A stretch of 32,177 nucleotides of DNA from positions 491,535-523,711 of the forward strand of contig SRMA01025353.1 in the NCBI GenBank assembly GCA_007224835.1, read 5' to 3'. Positions 1 to 11,803 of the stretch are shown here, one piece after another. The notes beneath the pieces are model-generated. The model was not told the origin of the DNA. It saw only the letters and a program-made list of their open reading frames with translations, and searched no databases. The stretch is from Danionella cerebrum. Lineage: Eukaryota. A program made the position numbers and the translations under genes. How positions within the stretch are numbered: the stretch's first letter is position 1; each line of letters begins with the position of its first letter.

Positions 1-1439
1 GAGCAGAGGTTATCACATCTGGGCCTTGAGATGATTTTCTCCAACTCAAAGCAAATACAGCTGAGTGAGCTAATAAAGGCTGACCAATCAATGTACTAAA
101 ACCACACAGCGTTTTAAATTTGATCATGGTTTAAAGTATATATTTAGTTTGACTTCTGTTACATGTAGATGGTTGTGTTTGCGTGTTTTGGCTTTTTAAG
201 CCAGAAACTGCTGTTAATTTGAGATTTTGTTAAAGAAGTTTCAAATTATTCAGTCACAGCCATTTATGATGTATAGAAATTATCGATGACGGAATTTCAT
301 CTTTTTTTATACATTGACGTACATATTACATTGATTTTCGTGGTTTAAATAAATTAATAAAAGATTATATATATATATGAGCATTTGTATTCATCTTTGG
401 GGGTCTTAGAAGCAAAATGTGAATTTATGTTTTATCAAACATTTAAATGCATCACATGCTTGTCTTTTACCAGCAGGTGGCAGTAGACACCAAGTCACAG
501 TGATTAACATTTTATCTTTCCACAAATTTCCTAATTAAGGGACAGTGGAAGTTTGAGAACACAAAACATTTTTGGTCAAATAATTGTTTTGATTAAAAAT
601 ACATTTCAATAGGTGCTTCCAGTAGAAACACGTGAAAATGTTAAGCGACCAAAGGTTTTGTTTTTCGCTCAAATTAATGATTTATTAAATCTTTTAATTG
701 CTTTTTTGACTGCCAAGATATTTTTCCGTCTACATTCAGGAAAATCTTGCATGACCAGCTCAACATATGGACCGTAATATATTTTAAATATTTTATTATA
801 TTACCTCAATTATTTATTAGTTTAATTCGTTTTTTTATTCATACTTATACTACCTTATGATTAAAGGTAAGCTCATGCAAATATACACCTCATGCAGTCA
901 CCTTTAGTTTAAAGTAATGACATGCACAATAGAGGGATATTTTGATCTTCCTGCCTGATCCATGATGGATCATACAGGCGCTCATCGGCGACGGGACGCA
1001 AATCGCGCGGATCCACACGTGTGCGCCGTTCTCAGTCGGTTCTTCACCTCAGCAACAGCTCCACGGAACCCGGACGAGGCAGGGCACAAACGCGAACCGA
1101 CCGCATTATGGGTGAGCACCAATGTCCAAAAGATGAACACGATGAACATGAAAATATTTTGTCTACGTCATTTGTGCGCAATGTTTGCATACGTTTTAAG
1201 AATGGTTCGTCCTATAGATAGACTTGCATGGTTGTCCTTGCTGTCCATTGGTCACCTCATCTGTCAAGAAAATATTTATACAATGTCGCATAGTAAACGT
1301 TCAATTAAAAGGATTACATATCTGTTGGGCGAAATCATGTCTTTAATAACAATTCCTATCCATAAAGTAAAGCAAACTCGCGTGTCGTTACATATTTTAT
1401 TCAAGTGGTAGCGTCCACTGATGAGCTTGTTTGTGGGAC

Positions 1440-1561
1440 TAGTAGTCTTTAAAATATTCTTCATGCATTAACGTCATTAATGCAACGCGTCCAGAGAACT
1501 ATATTACCCACAATTCGTGGTGAGAAATTTTGCGTCAAAATTTGTCCGTAGCATTTTCAAG
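1440..1561 (+). promoter_or_regulatory. tmem11: tmem11 proximal promoter / 5'UTR (CpG-containing, ACGTCA half-CRE-like site at 1468-1473)
   Basis: Lies immediately upstream of the tmem11 ATG. Local CpG enrichment in an otherwise AT-rich region. Confidence 0.4.
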
Positions 1562-1608
1562 ATGGCGTCGCTGGGAAGGAGGCGCGGTGTCCCAGTCAAC
1601 AGGGAGAG
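1562..1608 (+). CDS. tmem11: tmem11 coding exon 1 (MASLGRRRGVPVNRE + 2 nt of Arg codon); donor GTCAGT at 1609
   Basis: ATG in Kozak context aagATGG. The peptide MASLGRRR..RER resembles human TMEM11 N-terminus MAAWGRRR..ARER. Donor ag|GTCAGT joins in phase to the acceptor at 3465-3466, giving ..NRER GVMAATECYIVHE. Confidence 0.7.
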
Positions 1609-3300
1609 GTCAGTTAGCCTAAAACCTAGTATTATTTAATTAAACACTTCATTAAATGTTACCGCTTTATTTACGGTTTTAAAAAGAATATTACTGGTGG
1701 TGTACATGGTTTGTTTGAACCATGGTCATTGCAATACATGTGCATTGAACTCATGTGTTGTTTTGATTAGCCTTCTGAGTCTGTGGGGGCCTCCACTGAT
1801 CATAGACTAAAGAGCTGCAAATGTGCATATTTATTGCGTTTTTATCAAAATTATAAAAATTTTGGGAGTAAACCTTTAAGAGGGAATGTGTTTGCTCCTT
1901 TGACAAGTAATCAGCAAGTTAAACTATCTGTTGACAGCGAGCATCGAGCAGAGATGCAAAGTTAGCATGCGCTTACATTACTATAAAACCTATTTGTTAT
2001 TTAACGCAAGTGTCTCGTTATAGTAGCAATATAATTTTAACACCTTTTCTAAAATTTCTCCAACTTTTACTGTCAGAAATGGGATAAAGTTATTGCAATG
2101 TTCGCAGAACTTTGTAACTCCGTGTTTTCGGTAATCATCTTATCAAAGTAAGGTGTTGTTAATTAATCCACAAAATATGATTCAACATTTTTTAAGTTTG
2201 TCTTTTAACTTCTTTTATTGTGTTAAAGTTTTTTTTTTTTGACTAAGTTCTGTCCACAAACGGTCTACCTCATGTTGATAACGCTAGTCACGTGGTCTCG
2301 CATTAAAACAGTTTCTGGTTCTTTTTTTAACCCCCCCCCCATTTATATTTCAGCTCAAGGGAGACATCTGCTGCTCTCTAACGTTCACACATCTTTAAAA
2401 CCCTCCCAAAATTTGCCATTTCTGCAGTAACAAAACTTTTAATAATACGGTTGGAAGTCGCATACTTCCTTTCAGTTTAGTAGGTGAAGCAGAGAGTAAC
2501 TAGTAGTAAATGAAGTGGAAATCCATAAGCAAAGAAATGCCTGGGTGCACTAATGTGTTTACAAGATACTCGTTTCACCACATGATTCAATGTGAAAGCA
2601 ATGAGTTGCAACTGATGTAGGCAGGTCACATGATTGTGATTGTACACCCAAACTTGATTCATTCTACCCATATTAGTGTGTTTGTAAAGGATACTTTGGG
2701 TTAAAAAGTAGTATTTATTCTTTTTGTTTGTTTGTTTTCATGTTTTCCTCTGATTAAAATCCATTGAACAGTTCTTTACTTTTAATTTGTACCACTCTGA
2801 TGCTCTACTATGCGATGGAGGGCAAGGTTAAATGTTTACAAAAAAAAGTTTCCACCCCCCAGGAATGAGTTCAAAGTGAGTTTCTAATAAAATAAAACTA
2901 CTATTTATATAAATTTTTAAGAAAATGCTATAAATACATGGCCCCTTTCACCCACTAAAAAAGCCATACATTACAATTTCAATTTTTATTAAGTGTGAGA
3001 AGTTCAAAAGTTAAACATAAACAACTATATTAGACCACAGCTTTCTTAAAAAGAAGGCTAAGTTCACACATTACTTGGCTTCAAATTAATTAATTCAAGT
3101 GCAGCATAAAAATGTAATTTAAAAAACTGTGAATGAACTAAAGATGAACTCACCAAGTGCTGGACCAAAAGTTGCTTTAGAGACAGTTCAGAAATCAGCT
3201 TGGCATTTTTCTTTGGTGGGGAATTACATGCAAGCTGCTGTTTATGTGCACAGAGAAACTTGCATCTACAGGACTAGACTGACAAATGCAGATTTTCTTT

Positions 3301-3320
3301 GCGTGCGTGCGTGCGTGTGT
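3301..3320. repeat. (GCGT)n/(GT)n microsatellite in tmem11 intron 1
   Basis: gcgtgcgtgcgtgcgtgtgt. Confidence 0.8.
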
Positions 3321-3466
3321 TTGAAAAAGAGTAGAGCCAATGCCGAGCTGAGTCGCCTCGCTACCAACTTCGGTTTGAAAAGTGGGAAAACGCACCTTAA
3401 TAGGTGCTCGTTAAGAAGCCTGTTGATGAAATAAAGATCAGAAGTGCTCTCTCTGTCTGTGTTTAG

Positions 3467-3983
3467 GGGAGTGATGGCGGCCACGGAGTGTTACATCGTC
3501 CACGAGATCTACAACGGTGAGAATGCACAGGAGCAGTTCGAGTACGAGCTGGAGCAGGCTCTGGAGGCGCAGTATCGATACATCGTAATCGAACCCACAC
3601 GCATTGGAGACGAGACGGCCCGTTGGGTGGCCGTGGGGAACTGCCTGCACAAAACCGCCGTTCTGGCTGGGGCCGCCTGCCTCCTGACGCCCCTGGCCCT
3701 CCCTGTCGAATACTCTCGTTATGTGGCTCTACCTGCGGGCGCACTGAGCCTGGCCTGTTCAACGCTGTACGGCATCTCCTGGCAGTTTGACCCCTGCTGC
3801 AAGTATCAGGTGGAGTACGACAGCCAAAAGCTCTCGCGGCTCCCGCTGCACACGCTCACCTCCTCCACGCCGGTGGTTCTGGTTCGACGGGACGACGTGC
3901 ACAGAAAGAGACTGCACAACACGATAGCGTTGGCGGCCCTTGCCTACTGTGCCAAGAAGATCTACGAACTGTACGCTGTATGA
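3467..3983 (+). CDS. tmem11: tmem11 coding exon 2 (to stop TGA 3981-3983); transmembrane protein 11, mitochondrial
   Basis: Acceptor tgtgtttag|G at 3466. The translation TECYIVHEIYNGENAQEQFEYELEQALEAQYRYIVIEPTRIGDETARW...HRKRLHNTIALAALAYCAKKIYELYAV is near-identical to human TMEM11. It matches ORF track entry 3444..3983. Confidence 0.92.
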
Positions 3984-5454
3984 GCGCTTCACACACATGG
4001 ATACAGATACTGATTTATCCGACACGTGGCAGGGAGGTGAGAAGCACTAATAAACACCCCACACCGGCATACACGCGCACACACACATCAAAAACCCACG
4101 GATGGACCGATGGAGAGACGGATCAAAGAGTCTCTTTCTCTCTCTCTCTCAAGAATTTTTGTCGTTTTGCTTTCAACGGGTTAACGTTTGGATGGATTGA
4201 CTAATGAACGAAAGAAAGGATGAATCAATGGCAAGAAGGGACCGAGGCTAACAATTGTGAATGAATTTTCCCCTTCTCTTTGTACTTTAAAAGTGATCTC
4301 ACCAGTGCACTTGAGCCTCTCCTTTCTGCTCCGGTCCTGCACCTTCTCCATCCCCTGAACCCACCACATGGAGCTTCCGCAAAGTGATAGGCTGAACGTG
4401 TGCCAGACAGACCGGTTTTAAGAATGACCTTTGAATCCTTTTTTTCTCCCTCTGTGTAGTTTTACTGTACCCTGCCTTTGGTGCGTCATATTTTCATTAA
4501 ACAGTAGGAGATTTAACCTCACTCGCATCTTTGACTGCATTTATTTGATGCCGCACGTGATGCCTCGTTGTTGTGAAGCCTCTGCATTTAACAGTTTGCA
4601 GTAATTCAAGGTTCCAACTGTTGTACATCATATCTTTAGTTATTTTATTATATTTAAGGCAAATGTTGTGCAAGTTTTACGTAACACTTGTTCAGAAGAC
4701 TCCTTGGTGCTTTGTTATTATTGAAAGTCTTAAACTTATCTATAAAATTTCTACTTCAAAATTTATATATAGCCGTGTTCGTAATCAAATGCTTTTCTTT
4801 TAAATTGGTTACTTTTCTATAACATAAAAATAAAAAGGAAACCAGTACGCAACAAATGAAGAATAAAATGGTTTCCAACAGAACCTTTTCGGTCTTCCAT
4901 CAAGTCTGTGGAATCTCAAGCGCCGTAGACTTTGGATCTTAGAGTCTGGTGATGCGAGTTGGGCACAGGTTTTTATACCGTGATTTACGTCATTTGTTTC
5001 TGTGTCTTTCTGGAAATCCCCCCAAAAAAGTCCCAGTTTTTTTATGGTTAACCAGCAACAGTACGGGAATCTTTAGTTTGACATCATGCGGCACTTCCAG
5101 GGCTTGGCGTTGACACAAAGGACAAAAGGTAGACTGATGTTTTTCTTTGGCTGATATTTCTAATTCTTCTATGAACGTCTTCCAAAAATAATGTTTTATT
5201 CCAGTTTTTCCCCAATTGCATCTCAAGAGTGGGGATATATTGGTTTAAACTCATGATATTAAAACCTTAGTTGCTCTAATAATTTAATTAAAAGAAATTT
5301 TAACAGTTTGTGAGTCAAATTTTGAAGAAAAGTGAATTATTTCGCTATATTCTAAAGCCACACGTTTGTTATACTTTGTTTAATAGTTAATCCAGTGGAA
5401 TTTGAAAATGTTGCAACTTTGACCAATCTATAATTCTTTCATTTTCCAACCCGC

Positions 5455-5790
5455 TTATTTCCTTTCGGGGTCATGGGTGTCATAGTCTGCCGGTGCCTAT
5501 CTCCAGAGCACATTGGGCAAGAGGAGGGTGTACATCCTGGACCGGTCCGCTGTCCATGGCAGGGCAACATACACACACATTCAAACCTAAGTGGAATTTA
5601 GATTATTCAATTAACCTAACCGCATGTCTTTGGGATTGTGGGGGAAACCGGACAAAACCCACGCAAGCACGGGGAGAATGTGCAAGGAAGGTCACCAGCG
5701 AGCCTCGAACTGGCAACCCTCTAACTGGAAGGCTACAGTGCTACCCACTGTGCCATTTTGCCGCCGCCCCCCCAATCTATTATGCTCATT
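5455..5790 (+). mobile_element. teleost tRNA-derived SINE copy (conserved core ..tgtctttgggattgtgggggaaaccggacaaaacccacgcaagcacggggagaatgtgcaa..)
   Basis: Recognisable conserved central domain shared by widespread fish SINE families (ctttgga.tgtgggaggaaaccggag..gaaacccacgc..acagggagaacatgcaaactcc). It lies in the convergent tmem11/dhrs7b 3' intergenic region. Confidence 0.6.
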
Positions 5791-6604
5791 CCAATTTGTA
5801 AAAAGAAGAAATTCTGTAGTGAAGTCCCATTGGTGTAATGCATCAGTGTAAGCATGACTAAAAGTCATGCAAATAATTCAAAGATGGATTAAAAGCTGCC
5901 ATTAATTTCTTTCTGCTTAGACTTGCTGTCTCATTCCAATGCCGCATTGACTATTGAATTTGTGAATAACTCTGTTTATATATAACACGCTATAATCAGA
6001 AGCCCACTAGAGGTGAGAAATTAATGCCAACATTACTACTGTTCTTTTAGAGAAAGTCTGCATGAAGTTCTCTCTTCATTAAAATAGATAACTGAAAAAC
6101 CCATTTCTGTTTATTATTACAGGATACACTTGTAAATGTTAAGATAATCGCACGTTGCTATTTAACAACCAGCAGAGAGAACAACCAGAACCTGGCTGTA
6201 GTTATAGTGGTTGGTAACAGTTGTAAGAAAAATAGAGTATCTTGAAATGTGTTTTATTGTGAGAAGTGTGTATCTTTGCACGCCTAACATTTATGCACTT
6301 AGAAGACACATCCAAAGAGGCTTACATTTAAAGGAATGCTTTCGCTGGGGCTAAAACTCTGAATGTTATGTTCAATAAAAACAGATAATGTTGGGGTAGT
6401 ATTATTTTAAGCACACTGTATTTTACTATTGTTGTGACTTAGATGAAGACCAAGGATTTTTATTTATTAAACAACATTTTTTTTCATTCTGAATTCAAGA
6501 TATTTCTTAAGTACAATACACTTCATGATCAGTCGCATTTAATAATCAGACTTCCTGCCATTTTGGAAATCACTCACCAAGTGTTTTCCTCGATTAATGT
6601 TCTC

Positions 6605-6810
6605 TCATTCTTGTTTCGGTCTCTGTTCTTTTAAAGCTCGTGATGCCATCAGTCTGAAAAAGAGTTCAGGGCAGAGAGTTCTCAGATAGATGGCTGCCGT
6701 CGGCAACATCCCGGCCAGAGTCACATCCTTCTGTTTCTGACAGACAGCCTTTAGAACCGTGTTCGCCACCTCTGCTGGATCCGAGCCCGTCGCGGTGGTC
6801 TTATCCATTA
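6605..6810 (-). CDS. dhrs7b: dhrs7b terminal coding exon (VMDKTTATGSDPAEVANTVLKAVCQKQKDVTLAGMLPTAAIYLRTLCPELFFRLMASRALKEQRPKQE*)
   Basis: Acceptor ggctctgaag|TA. Stop TGA at 6607-6605. Matches human C-terminus [69 protein letters not shown]. Overlaps ORF track entry 6605..6928 (-). Confidence 0.85.
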
Positions 6811-6895
6811 CTTCAGAGCCAAAGAGAAGTGTGTTACAGAGTAAACATTCCACAATGATATATAAGTGTGACTGACGGCAACAGAACACCCCCAC

Positions 6896-7048
6896 CTCCA
6901 TATCTGGCACCATCCCCGGTGACGGCATTAACAGAGAGGTTTGTTCTGATGTAACCTGGGCTTATGACGGAGACCTCCAAACCAAACCTGTCCACCTCCG
7001 CTCGCAAACAGTCAAAGTAGGCCTGTGTTGCATGCTTGGATGCGGAGT
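6896..7048 (-). CDS. dhrs7b: dhrs7b coding exon 5 ([18 protein letters not shown]...[24 protein letters not shown])
   Basis: Acceptor tttctatcag|AC and donor GGAG|GTGGGG. Contains the YxxxK active-site context (YAASKHA in human) and matches human ..[22 protein letters not shown]. Confidence 0.8.
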
Positions 7049-7679
7049 CTGATAGAAAGCAAAGACGTCAGTAGCTGCGTTTCCATCCACCCTTTTTTAT
7101 CATTACGTCTACGTAAAAAAAAAAAAATCCTATTGCAGCAACTTTTGCCACCGATTTATCAGGACTGATGATTTTGTTCTCTCGGACTCGTTGGATAAAA
7201 CGGTGATTCAATCACAAATATTTTATGCAATATTTCATTTTTTCGCATGGAAACGTGGCGCATGACAGAAATGAATTTTCGAATTGAATGTTGTGTGATT
7301 GATTCATCGCTTAGTAGACGCTCTTAACAATAGATAAATGTCAATTGTTTACAAATAAACTTAAGACCGTTTTAAAATTGATTACTCACATTGGACTTTT
7401 GACCTTTACCCAATAAAACCTTTAGACCTTTCAAGAAAAAAAAAAGTTAACCACTGCTGTAAACTTTTGATTATTTCACTCCATTTTGGCCGCCATGTTA
7501 CAATTGATTTGGAAGAAATAGTATGAAGTAAATGTTGTGTAAGTTCCTATTTCGATGCTGTAGGAATGCGTTGGAGTCAGACTCATTATCTGACCAATAA
7601 TGTAATATATTTAAGAGCAACTGCTGGGATTTCATGACCTGTTAAGCTTGAAGTAATCGTGTACGAAGTGTATACTCAC

Positions 7680-7772
7680 ATGCTGATCTATACGGTATGG
7701 AAATCTTTCCCTGCACGCTGCTGATCACAGCAATATGCCCTTTCCGTCTCTCCACCATTGAAGGGAGAATAG
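7680..7772 (-). CDS. dhrs7b: dhrs7b coding exon 4 ([30 protein letters not shown])
   Basis: Acceptor ctccgtccag|CT and donor GCAT|GTGAGT. Matches human [30 protein letters not shown]. Confidence 0.8.
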
Positions 7773-7977
7773 CTGGACGGAGAAATGAGAAGAATATTGT
7801 ATATGATTAAATATATATTCATTTTAAAATTCCATTTACCATTTAAAAAGTTTTTTAAGAAAACAAAGCTACATTACAAATATATTTACCTAAATTTAAT
7901 CTGTATTTGGTTACAGTTTGATTAAACATTTTAAATTAAATAGAGTTGGATTGGTATTTGTTCTTAACTTTCCTCAC

Positions 7978-8188
7978 CTTGCGTAAGAGCTACTGGACCA
8001 AAGTAGTTGGTCTCCATGACATTTCTCTGAATGGAGATGTGGGTGTCCAAGATGTGTCCCCGGTAACTAATACCAGCATTGTTTATGAGGACATCGACGT
8101 GTCCATGGCACCTCAAAATCTCCTCGGCTGCACTAGAAACAAGCGATGTGTTGGAGAGGTCAAATGTGACTGTGCAGGGAGTGTGAGT
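7978..8188 (-). CDS. dhrs7b: dhrs7b coding exon 3 ([12 protein letters not shown]...[12 protein letters not shown]...[15 protein letters not shown] + 1 nt)
   Basis: Acceptor ccttttcag|ACT and donor CAAG|GTGAGG. Matches human ..[46 protein letters not shown]. Confidence 0.8.
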
Positions 8189-8253
8189 CTGAAAAGGAAA
8201 GTTAGATTCAACACATAAATGGAGCTATTTAACATATGACTACATCGATATAC

Positions 8254-8369
8254 CTGTGTCTTTCCATTAGAATTGCTTCTGAGCTCATCAGAGACTTCCT
8301 GCAATCTTTTCTGGTCTCGTCCACAAAGGATCAGCCTTGCCCCGGCCGCATGGAAGACCCGAGCACATT
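8254..8369 (-). CDS. dhrs7b: dhrs7b coding exon 2 (ECARVFHAAGARLILCGRDQKRLQEVSDELRSNSNGKTQ)
   Basis: Acceptor ccatcag|AA and donor CAG|GTATAT. Matches human [31 protein letters not shown]. Phase consistent with exon 1. Confidence 0.8.
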
Positions 8370-8466
8370 CTGATGGAACCCATTTCATGAAGTAAAAAAA
8401 ACAGCAATGTGTTATCTCGTTGATAAAACAATATAATCATTGTAAGTAAATGGACATGCTTGTAAC

Positions 8467-8605
8467 CTTTGCCCAGGCCCGAACTGGCTCCAGTTATCAC
8501 CACCACTTTATCCTGGAGATTCTGTTGCCGTCTCAGTCTCCGGATCAATTTTAGTAAGATCAAGAGACCCAAAGTGCCAGCAGCCAAACCCAACACACGC
8601 TCCAT
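8467..8605 (-). CDS. dhrs7b: dhrs7b coding exon 1 (MERVLGLAAGTLGLLILLKLIRRLRRQQNLQDKVVVITGASSGLGK + 1 nt); donor AAAG|GTTACA
   Basis: ATG at 8605-8603 on the minus strand. It carries the SDR Rossmann motif TGASSGLGK, matching human DHRS7B VVVITGATSGLGK. Confidence 0.75.
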
Positions 8606-8610
8606 GAGTC

Positions 8611-8660
<50 letters not shown>

Positions 8661-8661
8661 A
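8611..8661. repeat. (TG)4(TA)n microsatellite abutting the dhrs7b start codon
   Basis: tgtgtgtgtatatatatatatatatatatatacatatatatatatatata lies directly 5' (minus-strand sense) of the ATG at 8605. Confidence 0.9.
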
Positions 8662-9229
8662 TTTGAAAAATAAATGCAAAAAAAGTTAGAGATAATAGCA
8701 TTGTCCACTGGCATTGGATCTAATGGGTAACACCTGAAAAGCCTCCCGAAGATGTTGCTTTAAAAAAACAACAGTGTTAGAAATGTAATCACAAGACTAA
8801 ACAGTTAGCAATTTTTATAAAATAAAATGATAGCAGTTAGCTAAGTAAATTGTAAGCAAACCATTTAATAACTTTTCATATTGTGACATCTTTTAGGATC
8901 CACCGTCTCAGATCAGAAACAATAAATGTTTTTGAGAAATAAAATATTTTTTCCACAGCTATACAATTTAGATTATTTTGTTTTAGAGTCATTGTACTGA
9001 CCAATAAAAAGCACATGTATACCGATTAAATGGATACAGTATTTAACTGAAATGTATAGCATGTAACCATTTTAGTGCGCAGCGATAAAAAAAAACATGT
9101 ATTATCATTATGTACAGGAAGCATGCGCTTAATTGACATTTTATTTAAACGTTAGCAATTTTTTTTTTTTACAAATAAAAGTCAGTTATAACATACCCAG
9201 GACAACAGTTGACCCAGAGAACCCGGAAA

Positions 9230-9300
9230 TCAATCGCGTCACGTGATCTCTTATGACCAATCACATTCCGTTTGGAAGTAGCCAATGACAATTTCGAAAG
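9230..9300 (-). promoter_or_regulatory. dhrs7b: candidate dhrs7b promoter module: E-box TCACGTGA (9239-9246) plus two CCAAT boxes (9257-9261, 9282-9286)
   Basis: Cluster of NF-Y-type CCAAT motifs and a palindromic E-box about 650 bp 5' of the dhrs7b ATG on the minus strand. A possible non-coding first-exon donor CTGG|GTATGT sits near 9196. Confidence 0.3.
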
Positions 9301-10547
9301 ATTTACTCCAGTAAACGAACTGTAGAATGCAAATTAGCTTCCTGTTTCTTGAAATAACATTTCATTTTAGGTTCCCCAATCTAAAAAATAGTTTTAAGAA
9401 AAATTTTATCCTAGGAAAATTTTCTATCTTATTAAATAAAAGTTTCACCAATAAAAACAGCTAAGGTTTGTGTTATCAGCACCCTTAGAAAGTATTCAGG
9501 CCTGGAGAAATCACTGCAGACTAGAACAAAACTAGTTGTTTGGCCATAGAATTATTTGTGTTTTGGGAAGGAATTGAAGTGTTCAAGTTCAAAAATATTT
9601 CCACAGTTAAGTATCGGGATGGGAGTATGATTCTGTGGTGGTAATGGTTTAAGGAAGCATGAAAAAATTGTTATTTAAGATTTTAAATCTCAGATTGTCT
9701 GCAAAAAAAAAAAAACAGCATTGGTATATATATTATAGTCTTGTCCAAAAAGAAAATAAACACGACACAAAGAGTTTTGATATAGCTCCTTTATACATGG
9801 GTTTAAACCCATTGCATAACATCACAAAGACTTTAAAACAATAGAGATGAGCTCTTAACTGCCTGAATAAGGCTTTTTTTAACAAAAGCCTCAGTGAATT
9901 ATCAATAAATAATTCCAACAACAATAATTTACAACGTTACAAAAGCAGAAACCCTTGCATCAGTTATTCTCTATTTACATATATGCAAACATTGTACTGT
10001 ACAAATACACAAAGTTACAAATCTGACTTCCAATTAGTTTAGAACAAGATGTATCCTAGTGTTCTGGGTATGAAATACGGAAATAATTCAAAGCTGACAT
10101 AACTTAACATCCTGCATTTGTGTTCTCAGTAACTAAGTGTATGTTTGATACACAATCCTTTTAATAATTCTCCAAATCAAGTTGTTTTTAAGTAATTAGG
10201 TTAAAAATGCACCAAAGTTGACGCACTACAATGGCTTGAAGGGCTTTTCCTTGAATGCGTCTTTTGTAACCGAATGATAAACTCAATTTCTGCAGCTGCC
10301 TTCCAGAAGCATGCAACATGCACACAACTGAAACAAAGAGACAGACAAACAATGAGACAGTGATAATTGTTCATATATGGCGGGTTGTATAGTCTGTGCA
10401 TGAGGTTGTGCTGTTAAATTATTTAGGAACCCTGTTAGACTCTCTTTCTCCCGTAGGAGCCGGTTTATTGCACTCAGACTCCCCTTGATCCACATTCTCC
10501 CGTCCAGTATAAAGGAGGCAGGGTAATGCCAGATCCCGCCCCTTACA

Positions 10548-10670
10548 TCAGTCCACAGGATGCGGTGGAAGGGGGGGCTCCGTGACTGAGAGCTCCTGTG
10601 CGAGATCATTGAAACGCGCGATGTAGTCGACACTGCTCTCACTCATCATGCAGGCCAGCTGGGTATCCAC
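10548..10670 (-). CDS. cramp1: cramp1 terminal coding exon (VDTQLACMMSESSVDYIARFNDLAQELSVTEPPLPPHPVD*)
   Basis: Acceptor ttctcttggcag|GTG. Stop TGA at 10550-10548. Matches human VDSQLVCMMNENSIDYISRFNDLAQELSIAEP, but the C-terminal tail differs. Confidence 0.7.
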   Translation of the reverse strand: MDTQLACMMSESSVDYIARFNDLAQELSVTEPPLPPHPVD

Positions 10671-10781
10671 CTGCCAAGAGAAACCAGCCGTTCAGTGATA
10701 AGGAGAAACTAGAACCACTTCCTGTTTGATTCGAAAAATGCAAACTTTAAACTGTTTGAAGAAAAGCTGTGGTTCCTCTAC

Positions 10782-10918
10782 CTCAGCGACGTCCGGCAGG
10801 CCGCGGGAGTGAAAGCAATCGTGGGAGTTGCTGTCCAGTAAACTGGGGCCGAGTAATGCCGTGTTACTGGAAGGGGGCAGTGCTGTCCTTCTCGTCTTAT
10901 CAGGGGATGCCAGACTTG
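10782..10918 (-). CDS. cramp1: cramp1 coding exon 18 (S LASPDKTRRTALPPSSNTALLGPSLLDSNSHDCFHSRGLPDVAE)
   Basis: Acceptor ttctttctttgattggcag|CA and donor GAG|GTAGAG. Matches human ISPEKSRKMLPTPIGTNSGTSLLGPSLLDGNSRDSFVSRSLADVAE. Confidence 0.8.
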
Positions 10919-11803
10919 CTGCCAATCAAAGAAAGAAAAGAAGCAGTTGTCAGTAGAGCGTAGACTGATTAAGGCTTGCAGAGGGAGATCTTCGCTTCAG
11001 CCTTTAGCGAGCTATAAATAAAGCGATCGATTAATTAATCTTTCTAGTGTTCGATTACGTGCTAGTTTCACTTTGTTTTTGGCTAAAGACAAAAGTAGTT
11101 TGAATATTTTCTTTGAATACTTATTCAGGAAAATAGTAGTGTTTGTAAAACTGTTGCTTGAGAGCAGCCTTTAGTCATCTGCTGTACTTTGCCACACATT
11201 TTCTAAGGGATTTGTGCAGCCAGCAGACAAGTTCACTTACTTTGCTCAGTTGGACGTATTTCTTCACCAGAACCAGAGTGCTTTAGGTCATTATCATGAC
11301 GGAAGACAAAATATTGACCTGACCCAAGTCTTTCTGATGTTGGTTTCTTTTTATAGTCTTCCTTTAAATGTTTCTTAAAACATTATAATTTCCCCACACC
11401 ATTATACTCCCACCACCATGCTTAACGGCGGGAATGGTGTTCTTGGAGTTGAAAGCCTCTTCCTTCTTTATCCTTTTAGACAACATCTGTATGGCCAAAT
11501 AAAGCTCTTTTCCACAGGTTGTCTCCTTCAAACTGGCCTCTTCTTGAGGAAATGCAAAGTTCATCAACTTTTTTTGCTGCCTGTCTCCGATGGACAAGTC
11601 ACTAGTCGGTTTGCTTGGGAATGTCACCAATGGCCTCTTTCAAAATGAACATGATGGCTTGACTCTGTTGGTGCGAACCCAACTCACCCAGAGATTTAAA
11701 AATGTATCTTTAATACCAGCATGTAACATTGACTAAATATTCAATCTTGGCTACAATAAATAGCCATTTCCATCCAGTAACGAAAATGAGTTGTGAGACT
11801 TAC

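Noticed and set aside
3463-4025. Minus-strand ORFs antisense to tmem11 exon 2 (3463..3762, 3759..4025)
   Set aside because: Arg/Pro-rich antisense translation of a GC-rich conserved coding exon. No homology.
4049-4054. AATAAA 66 nt after the tmem11 stop as the polyadenylation signal
   Set aside because: It may be used, but other AATAAA sites (about 4862) lie downstream and there is no transcript evidence to choose between them, so it is not annotated.
10283-10642. 119-aa ORF overlapping the cramp1 last exon in another frame
   Set aside because: Out of frame with the conserved upstream exon junction. Relevant only if the C7 homopolymer length is wrong.
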